Positions 37,043-49,461 of a stretch of 64,000 bases of DNA are shown here, in pieces. The DNA lies in the NCBI GenBank assembly GCA_951406725.2, contig OX597836.1, forward strand, positions 26,970,001 to 27,034,000. The letters run 5' to 3'. Each line of letters starts with the position of its first letter. Within the stretch, counting starts at the first letter, position 1. Both the position numbers and the translations under genes were made by a program. This stretch comes from Octopus vulgaris. Lineage: Eukaryota. The notes under the pieces are model-generated. The model saw only the letters and a program-made list of their open reading frames with translations. It did no database searches and was not told where the DNA came from.

Positions 37043-38779
37043 GTCGTTAACGGAAAACCGTGTTTGTCCATTCTTCAGATGGGAAGTTATTTTTCTGGAA
37101 AATGTGTAACGTTTTTTCTTCTTGGAATGCAACAATTATCTAATTTAGTTGTGAATCATCTTATTTCATCATGACCGAATAAAAACTTTATGAATAAAAT
37201 ATTAACAATTTCCGGTACTTCTCGTAGTCAGGCAATGACATTTACACATAATGGAGGTAATACGCAATATTTATATAAAATATAGATACTTTATCCCACT
37301 TATAAGCAAATAATTACATTTATAACTATTTTTAAGCACTATGTTTGATAATTATAACAAATATGAAAACATTTTAGCTTACATGGAAAATTACCATTTC
37401 GTAATTTTCCACGTAAATATACGGAAATGCGAAATGATCAGAGCTTAAAAAAAACCGAAAGTAGAGATGAAGATTATCTTCATTGATTTGTGTTAATATT
37501 TCTTAAATTTCATGAATTCAGTCTTCATCTGTTTCATACGTCTTTTATAAAACGTTTCTAATGTTAAAGCAGCTGGACATGGTGATATTTCGGGGAAATA
37601 TCCGTAGTTTGCTGTAGCGAACTGTTCTAAAGATTTTCTCTTAGTAAAGATCCCATTTCTAGTCTAGTTGTTACTTACAGCCATGGTATGTTATCAAAGG
37701 CATTCCAGCCGTGACCATATAGTTTTCGTTTTTCAGCCAATCTATGAAAGACTATTTACTATACGATATGTCCCATTCATTAAGATTATAAGATGTGATA
37801 TGACTGCTATTTCTAGCAAAGTGGCCATAATTGAATCGTCCTGTAGCCTTCTGACCAAGCAAACTTTTGATCAAAAATATTCCAGCTGTGACTACTTCTA
37901 TCGACCAGCGTTATACACCGTACCACTTTTTTAAAGACGTTAAATTGATATGCAAGGGAGATTTGACCCCAACAAAAAGGTTAAAGTCTCGGTCAAACAC
38001 CTAATATTTGAAGCAGACAGACATGGACAACCATTTTTGAGAATTGAGCCGCATAAGTCATGGTTCATTAGGCAGGCTTTACAACTAATAAACGCTATTT
38101 ACCTAGTGGAATTAAACGTGCCATTCAGAAAGCCCCGCGGGCCGCATTTTAAGCAAGCTCAACCCAGACTTCAAATCAAAAGGGTTTCATCCACGATTGG
38201 TTATCTTTGAGGGAGATTTTGCTACTTGTTCTAGCAGGTCGATCCACTACTTTTCCAAGTGTGTACAATAAACTTGCGGAATAACTCCCACATAAGTTGT
38301 AACTTTTGGTTTTTTTTTTTTTAAATTTTTTCGAGATTTTCCTCATTTTTCTTGTACCCAACATTTCAAAACAACACACGTGGAAGAATGAAACCCTTAA
38401 AACAAAAACAAAAAAATAATAAGATCCAGGTTTTCAAACTTTTAACCCAACCCCACATCCATCGATTAAAAAAAATTGAGGTAAAAAACATTCTGTGCCG
38501 TATGAATATGTCCCTCGTTTAAGAAACAGATTGGGTTTATTTACATTTGGTGAAGAAAAAAAAGATACCCTTCCCCCTAACCCTAACCCTATAACAAATT
38601 GAAATGCAATAGATCGATACTAGGGTCATAATTATGGGTGACAATTTCATATGACATTTGGTAGAAAAAACTGCCGTTCAAACCGAAAAGATCCAAAATT
38701 TACGTTATTTTTGGTCCTGTTATAAGGATTTCACATTTTGGAACAAATGTCATTTGCATTTTTGGAGGGAAAAAAAGTT

Positions 38780-39254
38780 GGCATTCCTTCGATATAACTC
38801 GACAAACTCGACATTTGACTTCGGGTATTTCTTTGACAGTTGCTGAAATGGGAGGAGAACACATGTGTTGTGTAATATAGATATAACGAAATTATGCCAG
38901 TAATGTCTCATTTTAAACTTGAAGAAAAAAAAGCCTTGCATATTCGTTCTTACCTTGCTTCATGTGTGTATGATTCGTAAAATCCGCAAATTTCCAAGCA
39001 GAAAGCAGAATCGAAGTTTACAGAGACACAGACAAGAATAAGCACGCACGCACGCGCACACACACACACACACGCACGCACGCGAGCACGCACACACCCA
39101 GCCACCCTCCCACATACACAACACACACGCACACACACACACACGCACCCCACACACACCATTAGCTTTCTTCTCCTCCTCCCATTTCAGCAACTGTCAC
39201 GGAAATACCCGAAGTCAAATGTTGAGTTTGTCGAATTATAATCGAAGGAACGGC
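38780..39254. mobile_element. MITE with ~90-bp TIRs
   Basis: ggcattccttcgatataactcgacaaactc...aaatgggagga is inverted at 39172-39254. Near-perfect 9-bp TSD aaaaaagtt/aaaaaattt. Confidence 0.8.
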
Positions 39255-39320
39255 AAAAAATTTCGTACAGTCCCCATCTTCCTCATCTCCATCGTACTTT
39301 TCACGATTAAAATGATTTTT

Positions 39321-39735
39321 GGCGATCTTTCGTCTCTAGTAGACCTTTCCATCGATTTCCGTAAAAAATTTTTTTTTTTACATATGAGCTTGCGGGAACT
39401 TTTGAAGTAATATACATACATATACACATACACCGAGTAAAAAATTTCAGTTATCTCTTTCTTTCACACATTACTCTGTCTCTTCACACACACTAACAGA
39501 AGCACTTCACTTACACAACATACTGTCTGTCTCCCACACCCCATCAAACACGCACACATGTACATCAATGCTTCACATGCACGGTAACTTCAAAAGAACT
39601 TCCCTCGTCATACAATCGCTTTCTCTTAGTCTCTTTCGCTCTCATTACTTCAAAAGTTCCCGCAAGCCCATATGTAAAAAAAAAAAATTTTTTACGGAAA
39701 TCGATGGAAAGGTCTACTAGAGACGAAAGATTGCC
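39321..39735. mobile_element. MITE with ~90-bp TIRs and an 8-bp TSD (Merlin-like)
   Basis: ggcgatctttcgtctctagtagacctttcc... / ...ggaaaggtctactagagacgaaagattgcc. TSD tgattttt on both sides. Confidence 0.87.
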
Positions 39736-40560
39736 TGATTTTTTTCTCTTTCTCTTGTCATTTTACAATGTTCCATACTCTGAAACACTTAACATACTCG
39801 TAATTTGCATTCATGAAAATGTTTTTTTTTCTTCAAATTTCCTAACCTTTCTCTATTTCCATCAAATGATGACTATTCAATTGTTGAAAAAAAAAATTAA
39901 TTCCGTTTTTTTTTTAAACATTTTTCGTTCTCACTATTAACCACATGTTAATTCATTTTTTTGTCACCCCTAAATTGCACCCCATCTTCCTCATCCTATA
40001 GAATCTTATTTCTCTATGCCCTGGAACCCCTATCTTGCCCGAAATATAAAAGTTTTATTAAACTTTCTGCATTGTCAAAAGCTTTCCATTTTCTCTCGTT
40101 TTTCGTTCACTTGAGTGTTTTTACAATAGCACACTGTCTGAGACGTCATTCTCCAAGAGGTTATGTCTGTAATAACACACTTGGAAAAAATTTTTCAGCG
40201 ACTTCAAACATTTTCCGCCACTGAAAACTATTTTTGTTTTTTTTTAATTTCAAAAAATATCTACTAGAAGTCAATTGTGGCAGGTGCTCTTCTGAGAGGA
40301 CGTCTGTTTCATTAGCAAGAAATCTGGCAAGACTTTCTTTTGAACCCCTTTTTATTTATTTTCTTTTCTGCACAAACCACCGTTTTCGGCTATGGAGAAT
40401 ACGAATCTGCAAAAAAATTGGCAAAAATCGGCATTTTGAAATTCCACCCCCACTTCCCTCATTTAAAACTTTTTTCAGAAATTTTTTTTTCAAAATATGC
40501 AGAAAAATACGGAGATTATGATTCTGAAAAAAATATTGCCAAAAAGTTTTGGTAGTTACA

Positions 40561-40625
40561 GTTACAGTTAGGGTTAGGGTTTGGGTTCTAGGGTTAAAGT
40601 TAGGGCTTTAGGGTTTTAGGGTTAC
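40561..40625 (+). repeat. Short degenerate interstitial (TTAGGG)n tract
   Basis: gttagggttagggtttgggttctagggttaaagttagggctttagggttttagggtta. Confidence 0.7.
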
Positions 40626-40686
40626 GGAAAAAAGTGCACTTTGATGATTATATTTTACAGTAATTTACAATTTTGATGTATGATTA

Positions 40687-40866
40687 AAAATTTAAAGAAA
40701 ACCGAAAATGGAGAAATATTGATGAACAACAATTGACTTACATCAATTATTATTTATTAATTCAATATAAATAGACTGCATCCCATATTGAATTAATAGA
40801 TAATAATTGATGTAAGTCAATTGTTGTTCATCAATATTTCTCCATTTTCAGTTTTCTTTAAATTTT
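40687..40866. repeat. Near-perfect long palindrome (~82-bp arms, ~16-nt loop)
   Basis: aaaatttaaagaaaaccgaaaatggag...attcaatat / atattgaat...ctccattttcagttttctttaaatttt. Confidence 0.92.
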
Positions 40867-41413
40867 GATTCTTGATAAACCCGTGTTTATCCTTGTCTTT
40901 ACCTATAATTTATGAGCATAATATGCTTATGTGGAGACATGGCCTAATGGTTAGAGCAGCCGATTCATGGTCAGGGGATTGCAGTTTCGAATCTCAGACC
41001 AGGCGATGTGTGTGTTTATGAGCAAAACACCTTCCGGCAGAAGGTAATGGTGAACTTCTGCTGACTCCTTCGCCACAACTTTATCTCACTCTTTCCTCCT
41101 GCATCTTGCAGCTCACCTGCAACGGACTGGCGTCCCGTCCAGGTGGGGAACCTATACGCCACGGAAACCGAGAAACCGGCCCTTATGAGCCAGGAATGGC
41201 TCAAGAAGGAACATAATATGTTTGCATATGTATGCCCATGGTTAAACATAGGTAATATATCAGTAGTGTAATGGATACTTCTGTCCTTTAGATGGTTATT
41301 TTAACTTCTAACTCAGCTAACCTTTAATATATGATTAAAAAGAAATATATCACAAGTAAAAAAAAAAAAAATTAAGGAAATGAATAAATATCTTTTTGTT
41401 TTTGCTTTTTCAG

Positions 41414-41569
41414 AAATTTTGTCGCCACTGTCTTTCAGCCAAATTCGGCAGCAGAAGCTTTCCCTTGTTTTGATGATCCGACAATGAAGGCCATCTTTCA
41501 ATTAACAATCGTTCGAAGAGCTGACCTTATATCTCTCTCCAACACTGAGAGAAGCCACTCAGAAGACAG
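41414..41569 (+). CDS. M1 aminopeptidase exon 3
   Basis: tttcag| acceptor. NFVATVFQPNSAAEAFPCFDDPTMKAIFQLTIVR...LSN is the M1 AFPCFDEP motif. AG|gtaaat donor. Confidence 0.93.
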
Positions 41570-42232
41570 GTAAATGAATGATTATTAACGAACTTCTTAA
41601 TTATCTCTGCTACATTCTCTTCTTTACCATTATTGTCATTGTTCTTGTTGTAATGTCGGAGAAGTGAAATGGTGTGGAGAACTCTCAAACACATCACCAT
41701 TTAATGTCCATGTTCCATGCTGGAATGGGTTGGATGGTTTGTCAGGATCCAATGGGTCCAAGAACTGCATTCTTCTCCAGTGTCTGCTTTGGCATCATTT
41801 CTATCACTAGATACCCTTCCTAACACCAACCAACATGTACTGGGTACTTTTTTATGCAAGTTCTTCTATTTGAGGAGTGTGGTTATTCCACATTACTCTG
41901 TAAGGAGCATGGAGCATATTTCCCCCTGGATGGGATGCTAGTCCCTTGCCGGATTCCTCATTTTTGCCAGCTGAGTAGAGTGGAGCCATGTGAAATGAAA
42001 TGCTTTGCTCAAGAACATAACGCATTGCCCAATCCAAGAATCGAAACCACAATCTTATGATCATTAGTCCAAGACCCTAACCACTAAGCCATGCCCTCCA
42101 ATTTTGAGGAGTGTAGTATACCTGGTTATATCAACTCCAATACTTGATAGGTACTTACTTTATCCACCCTGGAAAAAGGAAAAGCAAAGTTGATCCCAGC
42201 AGGGTGGTGGTGGCAGTGGTGTATATACATAC

Positions 42233-42279
<47 letters not shown>

Positions 42280-42623
42280 TATACGACGGGCTTCTTTTAG
42301 TTTCTGTCTACCAGATCCACTCACAAGGCTTTGGTCGGCCCGAGGCTATAGTAGAAAACACTTGCCCAAGGTGCCACACAGTGGGACTGAACCCAGAACC
42401 ATGTGGTTGGTAAGCAAGCTACTTACCACACAGCCACTCCTGCACCTAAGTTCTTTTACTAAATTCTTTGTTATATTTAAAGTTAACTGAAAAAAAAATA
42501 CAGAGCATCTCAGCAGAAGTATGATAAGAAAAGGGTTAAAACGGGAGCTACAACAGAAAATAACAGTGCTGATACTTGAAATTAACTGCCAAGATTTCTT
42601 TTACTGTTTTTTTTTTTTTACAG

Positions 42624-42741
42624 GAATCACAGCATGGTGGCAGATGTCTACAAGGAAACACCTAGAATGCCTACATATCTTGTAGCATTTGTAATTTGTG
42701 ATTATAAATACGTTGAGCAAGAAACCAATAACGGTTTGAAA
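42624..42741 (+). CDS. M1 aminopeptidase exon 4
   Basis: ttacag| acceptor. DVYKETPRMPTYLVAFVICDY is the M1 TP.MSTYL.AF motif. AAA|gtaagt donor. Confidence 0.93.
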
Positions 42742-43941
42742 GTAAGTTTTGGTGATGAGACAGGATATTGTGGAATATTTTTATCTCTACAATTCAACTA
42801 TTTCACTTGCTAAGGAATATGTTTTTTTCTGCAATGTCAACCGTTTTGGTTGCTATAGAATACTTTTCCTGTATAATTTAACTGTGGAACTTTTAATTGC
42901 GGAAATTACATATGTCTTCTCGAAATTTCATTGTTCATAACTTCACAAAACAATATTATATACCAATCGATCTTTTGTGTGGGGATGTCATGTTTGGAAC
43001 TTCTTTTTATGTTGAAACATGTCAAGTTTATTGATGCTGGGTGACTTGCAGAAAATACCAATTCTATTTTTTTTTTTTTTGGTAGATATTTAACGTCATT
43101 ACTGGAATAACCATGAATTTACAGCTAAAGAGTTAAGGGACCTCATTAAACCTGTGACCAAAGACATTCCATCCATGACTGAACTACTTTTTTTTCAGCT
43201 ACATTAAATTCAGGGCCACATTATCCAATGTCCCCTGCTTTTATCTTCACCATTTTGCTTACCAACCACATGGTTCTGGGTTCAGTCCCACTGCATGGCA
43301 CCTTGGGCAAGTGTCTTCTACTATAGCCTCGGGCCAACCAAAGCCTTGTGAGTGGATTTGGTAGACAGAAACTGAAAGAAACTCGTCGTATATATGTATA
43401 TACATATATATATATATATGTATGTATGTGTGTGTATATGTTTGTGTGTCTGTGTTTGTCTCCCCAACATCACTTGACAACCAATGCTGGTGTGTTTACG
43501 TCACCGTAACTTAGCGGTTCGGCAAAAGAGACCAATAGAATAAGTACTAGGCTTACAGAGAATAAGTCCTGGGGTCGATTTGCTCGACTAAAGGTGGTGC
43601 TCCAGCATGGCCACAGTCAAATGACTGAAACAAGTAAAAGAGTAAAAGAGTATATCCACTCAAATTTTCTTTACCCTTAACTGCAGGAAGCAGTTTTATA
43701 TACCAATCTATATCTTGTTCAAGAAAGTCATGCTTGGAACTAATTTCTGTTGAGATATGTCAAGTTTATTGAGGTAACATGGCTTGCAGGAAATAGCGAT
43801 TCTATTTTTTGGTAGATATTTAACATCATTACTGGAATGCTCATGGAATTTAATTCTAGAATTAAGAGGTTAACTATTTCAGTTGCCATGGAATATGTCT
43901 TTGCTACCTGGAACTACTTTGGTTGTTTATATGAATGACTA

Positions 43942-43986
<45 letters not shown>

Positions 43987-44072
43987 CATGGTTTATAATC
44001 ATTCAAAAGAAAGTAAGAAAATGGAGATATAATATTTAATAAAAATTTATTATCTGCAAAAATCAAACATAG

Positions 44073-44155
44073 TCTCTTACAGCTGTTTCAATTAAGCCTA
44101 ATAGATTAAATAACAATTATTAAATCATTATATTAGGCAAAATCTCTTCAGAGGG
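44073..44155 (-). ncRNA. Hammerhead ribozyme motif of the same type as 4600-4714
   Basis: Minus strand reads cct-CTGAAGA-gat...att-GAAAC-AGCT-GTA-agag, next to an AT-rich Penelope-like tail. Confidence 0.55.
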
Positions 44156-44463
44156 GTAGAAAAGAGATTTACCATTAGGTTTTTAAGTGTTGTATTTTAT
44201 AAATATGTATGTGCGTGTGTGTGTATGTGTGTGTGTGTGTGTGTGTGTACTAATGCTTATGTATTTATGTTTGCAGTTATGAAGGCGTGTGTATTAATTT
44301 GGGTCTATGAATGTGCATTAAAATGAGTGTTTATGAAGGCATGTATGTGTGTATATGAATCCATGTGTGTGTTTGTATGTATGTGCGTGTGTGCGTGCGT
44401 GTGTGTGTGTGTGTGTGTAATTTATAAACGAGTGTATATCATATCTACTTATCTTTTTTTCAG

Positions 44464-44581
44464 ATTCGTTTTTATTCCCCAAAACCAACAGAAGATCTGA
44501 AGGCATTCGCTAGTTTTACCAAGAAGTCTCTGGAATTCTTCACTGATTACTTTGACATGAACTACACACTGCCAAAATTAG
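44464..44581 (+). CDS. M1 aminopeptidase exon 5
   Basis: tttcag| acceptor. IRFYSP...SLEFFTDYFDMNYTLPKL(D). G|gtaag donor. Confidence 0.93.
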
Positions 44582-45618
44582 GTAAGAAAAAAAATAGGCT
44601 TCGTCTAGTGAGCTTGTTTCTTGTTAAACACGGGAGAGTTGCTTCATTACCTGTCTCTCTCACACCTTTTTTTTCCTTTCCAAATAATCTTCAAAATATC
44701 ATTAGGTCACCACAGGAGCAATTCAGATTCTGTCATCATGGACCATACCAATGTTTCAAGTTATTCTGGCAGACTTAATCTCTGTTTAAGACCTTGATTA
44801 CAGCCATGTACTTACATGGCTTTTCGGCATGGATATTAAACAAGAGACACTTGAAAAGAAGCTTGGTGCTATTTACATGAAAGTGCTTCATGAAGTTCTC
44901 AATCTTTCTTGGCAGCAACATTTTTCCAAGCAGCAACAGTATGGTGATCTTCCTATCATCAACTCAGTAATCAGAAAAAGAAGAGCACCTTATAATAATA
45001 ATAATAAAACATTGTGTACAGTGCTCAGGTGCACTACAACTCATCTAAAGTGTATGTATAATACATAGGGTAATGTACAAGCATCAGGAAAAGAACAGTG
45101 CATGAGTCATGACATGCATATATGTGTATGAGTATGGAAGGGGGACAATCAGGTGTAGTTTCGGCGGATTTCGGAAAGCATGAGGGCCTTAAAGGATGCA
45201 GTGTCATGGCAGTCAACAACTGACGCAGGCAGTTTGTTATGCAGGACATTTCACCACAACATTCTCTCTCTCTTTCTTCCTGTTTCTGTTGTACCTGTAT
45301 TTCAAAGGGGCCAGCCTTGTCACACACTGTGTCACACTGAATCTGCCCGAGAACTACATTAAGGGTACACGTAACTGTGAAGTGCTCAGCCACTTACACG
45401 TTAAATTCACAAGCAGACTGTTCCATTGATTGGATCAACTGGAACCCTCATTATTGTAACTGACGGAGTGCCACAATGCTGTATCTAGGTCAATTTAATC
45501 AACTATGACCCCAACTTGAAAATTTAAGGCCTTATTTCAGTGTTAAAGACCATTATCTAAGGGATGCGAGAAAAGAGATGATAGGTGGGGGTGTGATGAG
45601 AGCCATGTCGTCTTTTAA

Positions 45619-45828
45619 CCCTTTCAATACCAACCCGGCTGAAAACATCTCTAGATCTGTAGTACAAATGCCTTGTTTTCAAAAGTTCTGAATTAAAATC
45701 TTCCACCAAACCTTAGTCATATTTTATGTTCATAACACTAGCTGAATGATAACTAAGTTATTTTACTAAATTCTTTGTTATATTTAAAATTAATTGAAAG
45801 AAACACAGAACATCTGTTAACGAAAGGG
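45619..45828. mobile_element. piggyBac-type MITE
   Basis: TTAA|CCCTTTC...GAAAGGG|TTAA. A right-end fragment of the same family lies at about 42446-42540. Confidence 0.8.
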
Positions 45829-45945
45829 TTAATTAGATTTCTTTTAATTGACAAACTAATACATTTTCTCTCTGCTTATTTATTTATTTGTATCTTTGTC
45901 TATTTGTTCGTTTGTAATCTTTCAAACTTTTGATTTATTTGACAG

Positions 45946-46154
45946 ATGTTGTGCCTGTGAACATGTACCCTTTAGCTGGTATGGAAAACTGGGGTCTCAT
46001 TCTGTTGTCCGAATCTTTTCTGCCTGATGTGAAGGATGTTAATGGAAGGGTATTGGAGGTTGGCATCAGTGATACTAGTGGAACCAGTAGCACCATGCCA
46101 TTAGAACAACTTACAAAGAGTTTGAAACTGGTCTTGCATGAAGTCATTCATCAG
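45946..46154 (+). CDS. M1 aminopeptidase exon 6 (AGMEN and HEXXH motifs)
   Basis: gacag| acceptor. DVVPVNMYPLAGMENWGLIL...LVLHEVIHQ. CAG|gtttgg donor. Confidence 0.94.
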
Positions 46155-46243
46155 GTTTGGACATCATGAATTGATTGATTTATTGATTGATTGACAGATA
46201 AATAGAGAGAAATATAGAGAGGAAGATAGATAGATACATAAAT

Positions 46244-46298
<55 letters not shown>

Positions 46299-46373
46299 TA
46301 GATAGATAAATAAAGAGAGCGAAAGATAAATAGATAGGTAGAGAGAGAGAAAGATAGATAGATAGATAGAGAT

Positions 46374-46453
<80 letters not shown>

Positions 46454-46479
46454 AAAGATAGATAAATAGATAGATGGTT

Positions 46480-46518
<39 letters not shown>

Positions 46519-47153
46519 TAGATAGATAGACAAACAGACAGACAGACAGATAACTTGCAAGCAGCTTGGTGATCTAACTGGTTCTGGCACCATGTAAAAA
46601 GTACTGGTGTTAGTGCCACATAAATAGCACCCTGTATACTCTGTGAAGTGGTTGGCATGAGGAAGAACATCCAGCCAATTCAGACAAGCAGAGCTTGGCA
46701 TGGTTCTCTCGGCTTTGCCAGCTCTTGTCAAACCATCTGATCTATGCTAGCACGGAAAATGGTCATTAATTGATGATGATAAAGATGAGAATATTGTGGA
46801 GAAAAGCCTGACATTCATGATGTTGGTGAGCATCCAAAACATGTCGTGAAAGTGGAACCAGTAAGATAATTTCTTAGTAGTTGTTTGATGTAGACACCAA
46901 TCTGCTCTGTCAATGTAGCCAATCAAATGTGGTTAAGAAGTTCATTTCATAATCAGATGGTTTCAGGTTCAATCCCTGTATGCAACTCTTTGAGTTTTAA
47001 TGTCTTCAATTATGGACACAACTTCACCTTGTGTATAAAGTTTGTTCAACTCAGGTGCAACATTCATTGAGTAGAACAGGATTTGAACTCTGATAATTAA
47101 TTAATTAATTTCCCCAAATTTTTGTTTATTTTTGTTTTTTGCTGCTTTTACAG

Positions 47154-47267
47154 TGGATTGGTAATGTGGTGACCCCCAATAACTGGAAGAACAACTGGTT
47201 AATTGAAGGATTGACTGAGTACCTCACCTTGCGTTATATCTACAAGCTTGACGACCGTTTCTTAAAG
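47154..47267 (+). CDS. M1 aminopeptidase exon 7 (third Zn ligand)
   Basis: WIGNVVTPNNWKNNWLIEGLTEY places E exactly 18 residues after HEVIH. 114 nt, GT-AG boundaries. Confidence 0.95.
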
Positions 47268-47549
47268 GTATTCCACACTTTATTCTACTTGAGTCTTTAT
47301 ATAGGGAGATGGGTGTCTTCAGATGAATTTGTTGTGTTGAGGACAGCTGAGAGAATAAACTATTGGCCAGCTGCCTCATATTTTTCATGAGATCAAATCT
47401 GTTGGCAGCATTTCATTCTGTTCCTGGCCAGAACAGCCTTGACTCAGTTAGCTGTGTGCATATTGTCATACTTATCATCGTCATCGTCGTGGTCGTTGTG
47501 GTCATTGTCATCATCGTCGTCGTCGTCACCACCATCGTCGTCATCGTCG

Positions 47550-47601
<52 letters not shown>

Positions 47602-47619
47602 AATAATAATAATAATAAT

Positions 47620-48036
47620 AAATGCCCTGATGCAGTACCAGGCAGTGGCTCTCATGGCTTCTGATCTTAACTGACAGGAAGTGTTATCATGTACATTGTT
47701 TTGTCTTGGTATAAAAGATGGGCTACAGCAGATATTCTGCTCAATACTACAGATTTGCTTGTCAGTTGTTTGATCTTAACCAGACGAGCATGTCCCTTAG
47801 TGGCTGACGATATGTGCATCTCTGATCATGAGCAGAAGTAGTGGAGGAGCATCATAGCCATGTGTTGAGAGGGATTCTTTGGGGTTTGAATAATTCACCT
47901 CTGGAGAAATGGGTGTTTCGTTCAACATTCTTAAACAACCCTTATTCAGGGACCTTTTGAACAGGATGGGTTACTCGACTAGAAGAAAATTCTAACTGGG
48001 CCCCACCTGCAAGGTCATGTGATGTTTATCTTGATA
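47620..48036. mobile_element. Repeat associated with (AAT)n tracts (longer copy at 50815-51360)
   Basis: Two high-identity copies of cagtaccaggcagtggctctcatggcttctgatcttaactg..., each abutting (AAT)n. Confidence 0.75.
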
Positions 48037-48234
48037 TTTTTCTGTAAGAACAGCCATTTTGGGGGAGGGGATGAGTTGATTACATTGACTCCAATATTTC
48101 ACTGGTACTTAATTTATTGACTCCGAAAGGATGAAAGGCAAAGGTGACCTCAGCAGAATTCGAACTCAGAACAGTGGCTGACGAAATACCGCAAAGCATT
48201 TTGCCCAGCATGCTAATGATTCTGCCAGCTTGCC

Positions 48235-48268
<34 letters not shown>

Positions 48269-48347
48269 GTTTCTTTATTTGCCACAAGGTCAATATATGA
48301 GAGGACATTAAAATAACCCAATTTGTATTTGCCGTTTATTTCTATAG

Positions 48348-48446
48348 AACAAAGAAGATTTGGACTTCATAAGATTAAGAGCTATGTTTGATGTCCATCT
48401 TGTTCCTGTCAATGAATTAGCTTTCACCCAAGAGATAAACATACAA
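48348..48446 (+). CDS. M1 aminopeptidase exon 8 (shortened; catalytic-Tyr position is Asn)
   Basis: tctatag| acceptor, CAA|gtgagt donor, phases 0/0. NKEDLDFIRLRAMFDVHLVPVNELAFTQEINIQ. Confidence 0.75.
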
Positions 48447-48494
48447 GTGAGTAACAACTCTATTTATTATCTTTTATGTTTTGTTTCAGCCATT

Positions 48495-49165
48495 GGGCTG
48501 TGGTGGTACTGGGGTACTGTGGTGATGCTGGGGTACTGTGGTAATGCTGGAGTACTGCGGTGATGCTGGGGTACTGTCATGATGTTGGGGTACAGTGGTG
48601 ATGCTGGGGTACTATGGTGATGCTGGGGTACTGTCATGATGTTGGGGTACAGTGGTGATGCTGGGGTATTGTGGTGATGCTGGGGTACTGTCTTGATGTT
48701 AGGGTACAGTGGTGATGCTGGGGTACTGTGGTACTGCTGGGATACTGTGGTAATGCTGGGGTACTGTGGTGATGCTGGGGTACTGTGGTGATGCTGGGGT
48801 ACTGTGGTGATGCTGGGGTACTGTGGTGATGCTGGGGTACTGTCTTGATGCTGGGGTACTGTGGTGATGCTGGGGTACTGTGGTGATGCTGGGGTACTGT
48901 GGTAATGCTGGGGTACTGTGGTGATGCTGGGGTACTGTGGTGATGCAGGGGTACTGTGGTGATACTGGGGTACTGTGGTGATGCAGGGGTACTGTGGTGA
49001 TGCTGGGGTACTGTCTTGATGCTGGGGTACTGTGGTGATGCTGGGGTACTGTGGTGATGCTGGGGTACTGTGGTGGTGCTGGGGTACTGTGGTGGTGCTG
49101 GGGTACTGTGGTGGTACTGGGGTACTGGGGTAATGCTGGGGTACTGTGGTGATGCTGGGGTACTA
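48495..49165 (+). repeat. 19-bp minisatellite (gctggggtactgtggtgat), about 35 copies
   Basis: Directly visible tandem array. Confidence 0.95.
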
Positions 49166-49395
49166 TAGTAACTTGCTACTCTTGTGAGGAGTGTGTCTGG
49201 ACATTTAGCAGGATTAAAGACATGTTGAAGGATGGATGAACTTCTTGTGGGTCAATAATGGCCATCCAGTTAAAAAAGGGCAATGGCAAACCAGTCCAAG
49301 AAACCACTATGAGAAAGTCAGAACAAATTAATGCTATGGCTAAATATTTTCTATACAGTTTAATATCTAAAATAATTTCTTTCTTCATATTTCAG

Positions 49396-49461
49396 GGACC
49401 TTTGGCGTTTTTAATTTTGGAAGAAATTGTTGGAGAAGAGAAACTGAAAGAAGGCATCAGG
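49396..49461 (+). CDS. M1 aminopeptidase exon 9
   Basis: tttcag| GPLAFLILEEIVGEEKLKEGIR |gtaaac, 66 nt; corresponds to the usual GASVL.ML...LG...F..GL segment. Confidence 0.88.

Noticed and set aside
37043-37135. N-terminal extension of the SPO16-like ORF as given in the ORF track
   Set aside because: It starts at a TTG; the first in-frame ATG is at 37042, just before the homologous region begins.
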